A stretch of 64,000 nt of DNA from contig NC_043001.1 of the NCBI RefSeq assembly GCF_006345805.1, positions 86,614,001 through 86,678,000 of the forward strand. The letters are read 5' to 3'. The notes below the pieces were generated by a model that saw nothing but the letters and a program-made list of their open reading frames with translations, did no database searches and was not told the origin of the DNA. The translations under genes were made by a program, and so were the position numbers. Shown piece after piece: positions 62,668 to 64,000 of the stretch. The first letter of the stretch is position 1; every line of letters starts with the position of its first letter. Source of the DNA: Octopus sinensis. Taxonomy: Eukaryota.

Positions 62668-63059
62668 CGAGAGGCGTTCAATAAGTAATGCCCCTGACCC
62701 ACTTCCCATAGCAGTAGAGCAACGAAACTTGGCACAGGTATTAGTCTTTTTCAGCATAGGAACAACCCAGAGTTACACATTTCTCCCATCGTTTGATACA
62801 GCTCTGGAGACCGTTTTCATAGAAGACCCCAGCTTGGTCCTCCAACCACGACGTGACTTCAAAAATCAAGGCTGCATCATCAACAGGCTCCATTTCCCAC
62901 TTGACTCATTTCAAACACATGTAAATCAGAAACCACTATTAGTTCGGAGCTGTAATTTGCCACTTAATCTATAGAGATATAAATAATTACACATGCAAAA
63001 TCTCAGCTAGATCAATCAAGGCAAGTGGGTCAGAGGCATTACTTATTGAACGCCCCTCG
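62668..63059. mobile_element. Mariner-type MITE
   Basis: TIRs cgagaggcgttcaataagtaatgcccctgacccactt / aagtgggtcagaggcattacttattgaacgcccctcg, TA flanks. Confidence 0.85.
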
Positions 63060-63119
63060 TATTACATACATACTTATGCGCTTGAAAAGAGCGCATAAAT
63101 AAATAAATAAATAAATATA

Positions 63120-63150
<31 letters not shown>

Positions 63151-63269
63151 GGTAATAAATAAAATATATGCATACATACAAACATATATGTACGTACCGG
63201 GTTCGTTTGAATTTTCGATTTTTCGAATTCTCACTTCGTTCCGTCTCTTTCTTCCCAGTTTGTTTTACA

Positions 63270-63319
<50 letters not shown>

Positions 63320-63325
63320 TATATA

Positions 63326-64000
63326 TCTTATTATAAAAGGCAGATTTTATCTGCCTCCCTTTGTATCTTATAGAAATCTACAATATAGGATTTCTTCAAT
63401 TACAATTTACCTAGCATTTTTAAGAGTAGAATGCATCGGGTCGTGCCAGGTCCAGTTTTTAAAATTTCAACACTAATTAAGCAAAATTTAGAGAAAACTC
63501 ACATTGTGGTGTATAAGTCAAATGCTTTTCTTAGTGTGGCCTACACCACACGCACACGAACACACACAGTGTGCAACGAATAAATTGAAAGTAATTCACT
63601 TTTTGTAGTGAGTGACTCTTTCACTCTGCCACCTCCTCTTTACACACATAGACACGCAAATATATAAATAAAATTGTAAGCTAACGTGTGTGTGTGAGTG
63701 TGTGTGTGTATGTGTGAGGGTGCGTGTGTGTGTGTGTGTGCGTGTGCGTGAGTGTGTGACAGGAAAGTTTTTTAGGACGAATATAAGACCTATATCCAAG
63801 TAGCAGAAAGATCGCCCAAAAGTGTATATAGATATTTAAATGTATTTATATATTCATCTATACACAGATGTATGTATAATGTGTGTGTATATATTTCCAT
63901 AGAGGTAACCTTTCACTCCATACAAAGTTTTTTAGGACGAATATAAGATCTAAAGTATATACAAGTAGCAGAAAGATCGCCCAAAAGTGTATATAGATAT
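63326..64000 (+). mobile_element. Probable Helitron-like element 5' part with internal ~160-bp-period repeats
   Basis: A/TCTTATTATAAAA start; the block aaagttttttaggacgaatataaga...aagtagcagaaagatcgcccaaaagtgtatatagatat occurs at ~63764 and ~63924. Confidence 0.4.

Noticed and set aside
62645-62757. N-terminal extension of the 296-aa PLE ORF
   Set aside because: It is read-through into a TA-rich junction and an unrelated mariner MITE; the PLE is 5'-truncated at about 62645.

Overview
AT-rich, repeat-dense animal genomic DNA. The SINE and microsatellite landscape suggests an octopus-type cephalopod (inference). One host gene is present: the 3' part of a + strand three-domain gelsolin/severin-like gene, with nine GT-AG exons from 1056 to a TAA at 28091 (~281 aa); the N-terminus lies upstream of the window. 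The rest is mostly mobile DNA: a near-intact Naiad-type Penelope-like element (PLE), a 5'-truncated CR1-type LINE, a Neptune-like PLE 3' half, RTE and CRE-like LINE remnants, Tc1/mariner/maT remnants and MITEs, Helitrons, at least three tRNA-derived SINE families, and a 7.7-kb two-monomer satellite with higher-order repeats and an inverted terminal arm. The most notable unannotated signals are: (i) minimal type I hammerhead ribozymes in about seven PLE-associated repeats, including G3-C8 and U3-A8 cores that keep the tertiary 3-8 pair by covariation; (ii) the foldback-like bipartite satellite; (iii) a ~560-bp circularly permuted, (TA)n-embedded repeat with a structured junction and a short ORF showing synonymous divergence. 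All calls were made by eye, without database searches; TE boundaries are approximate unless TIRs or TSDs are quoted.
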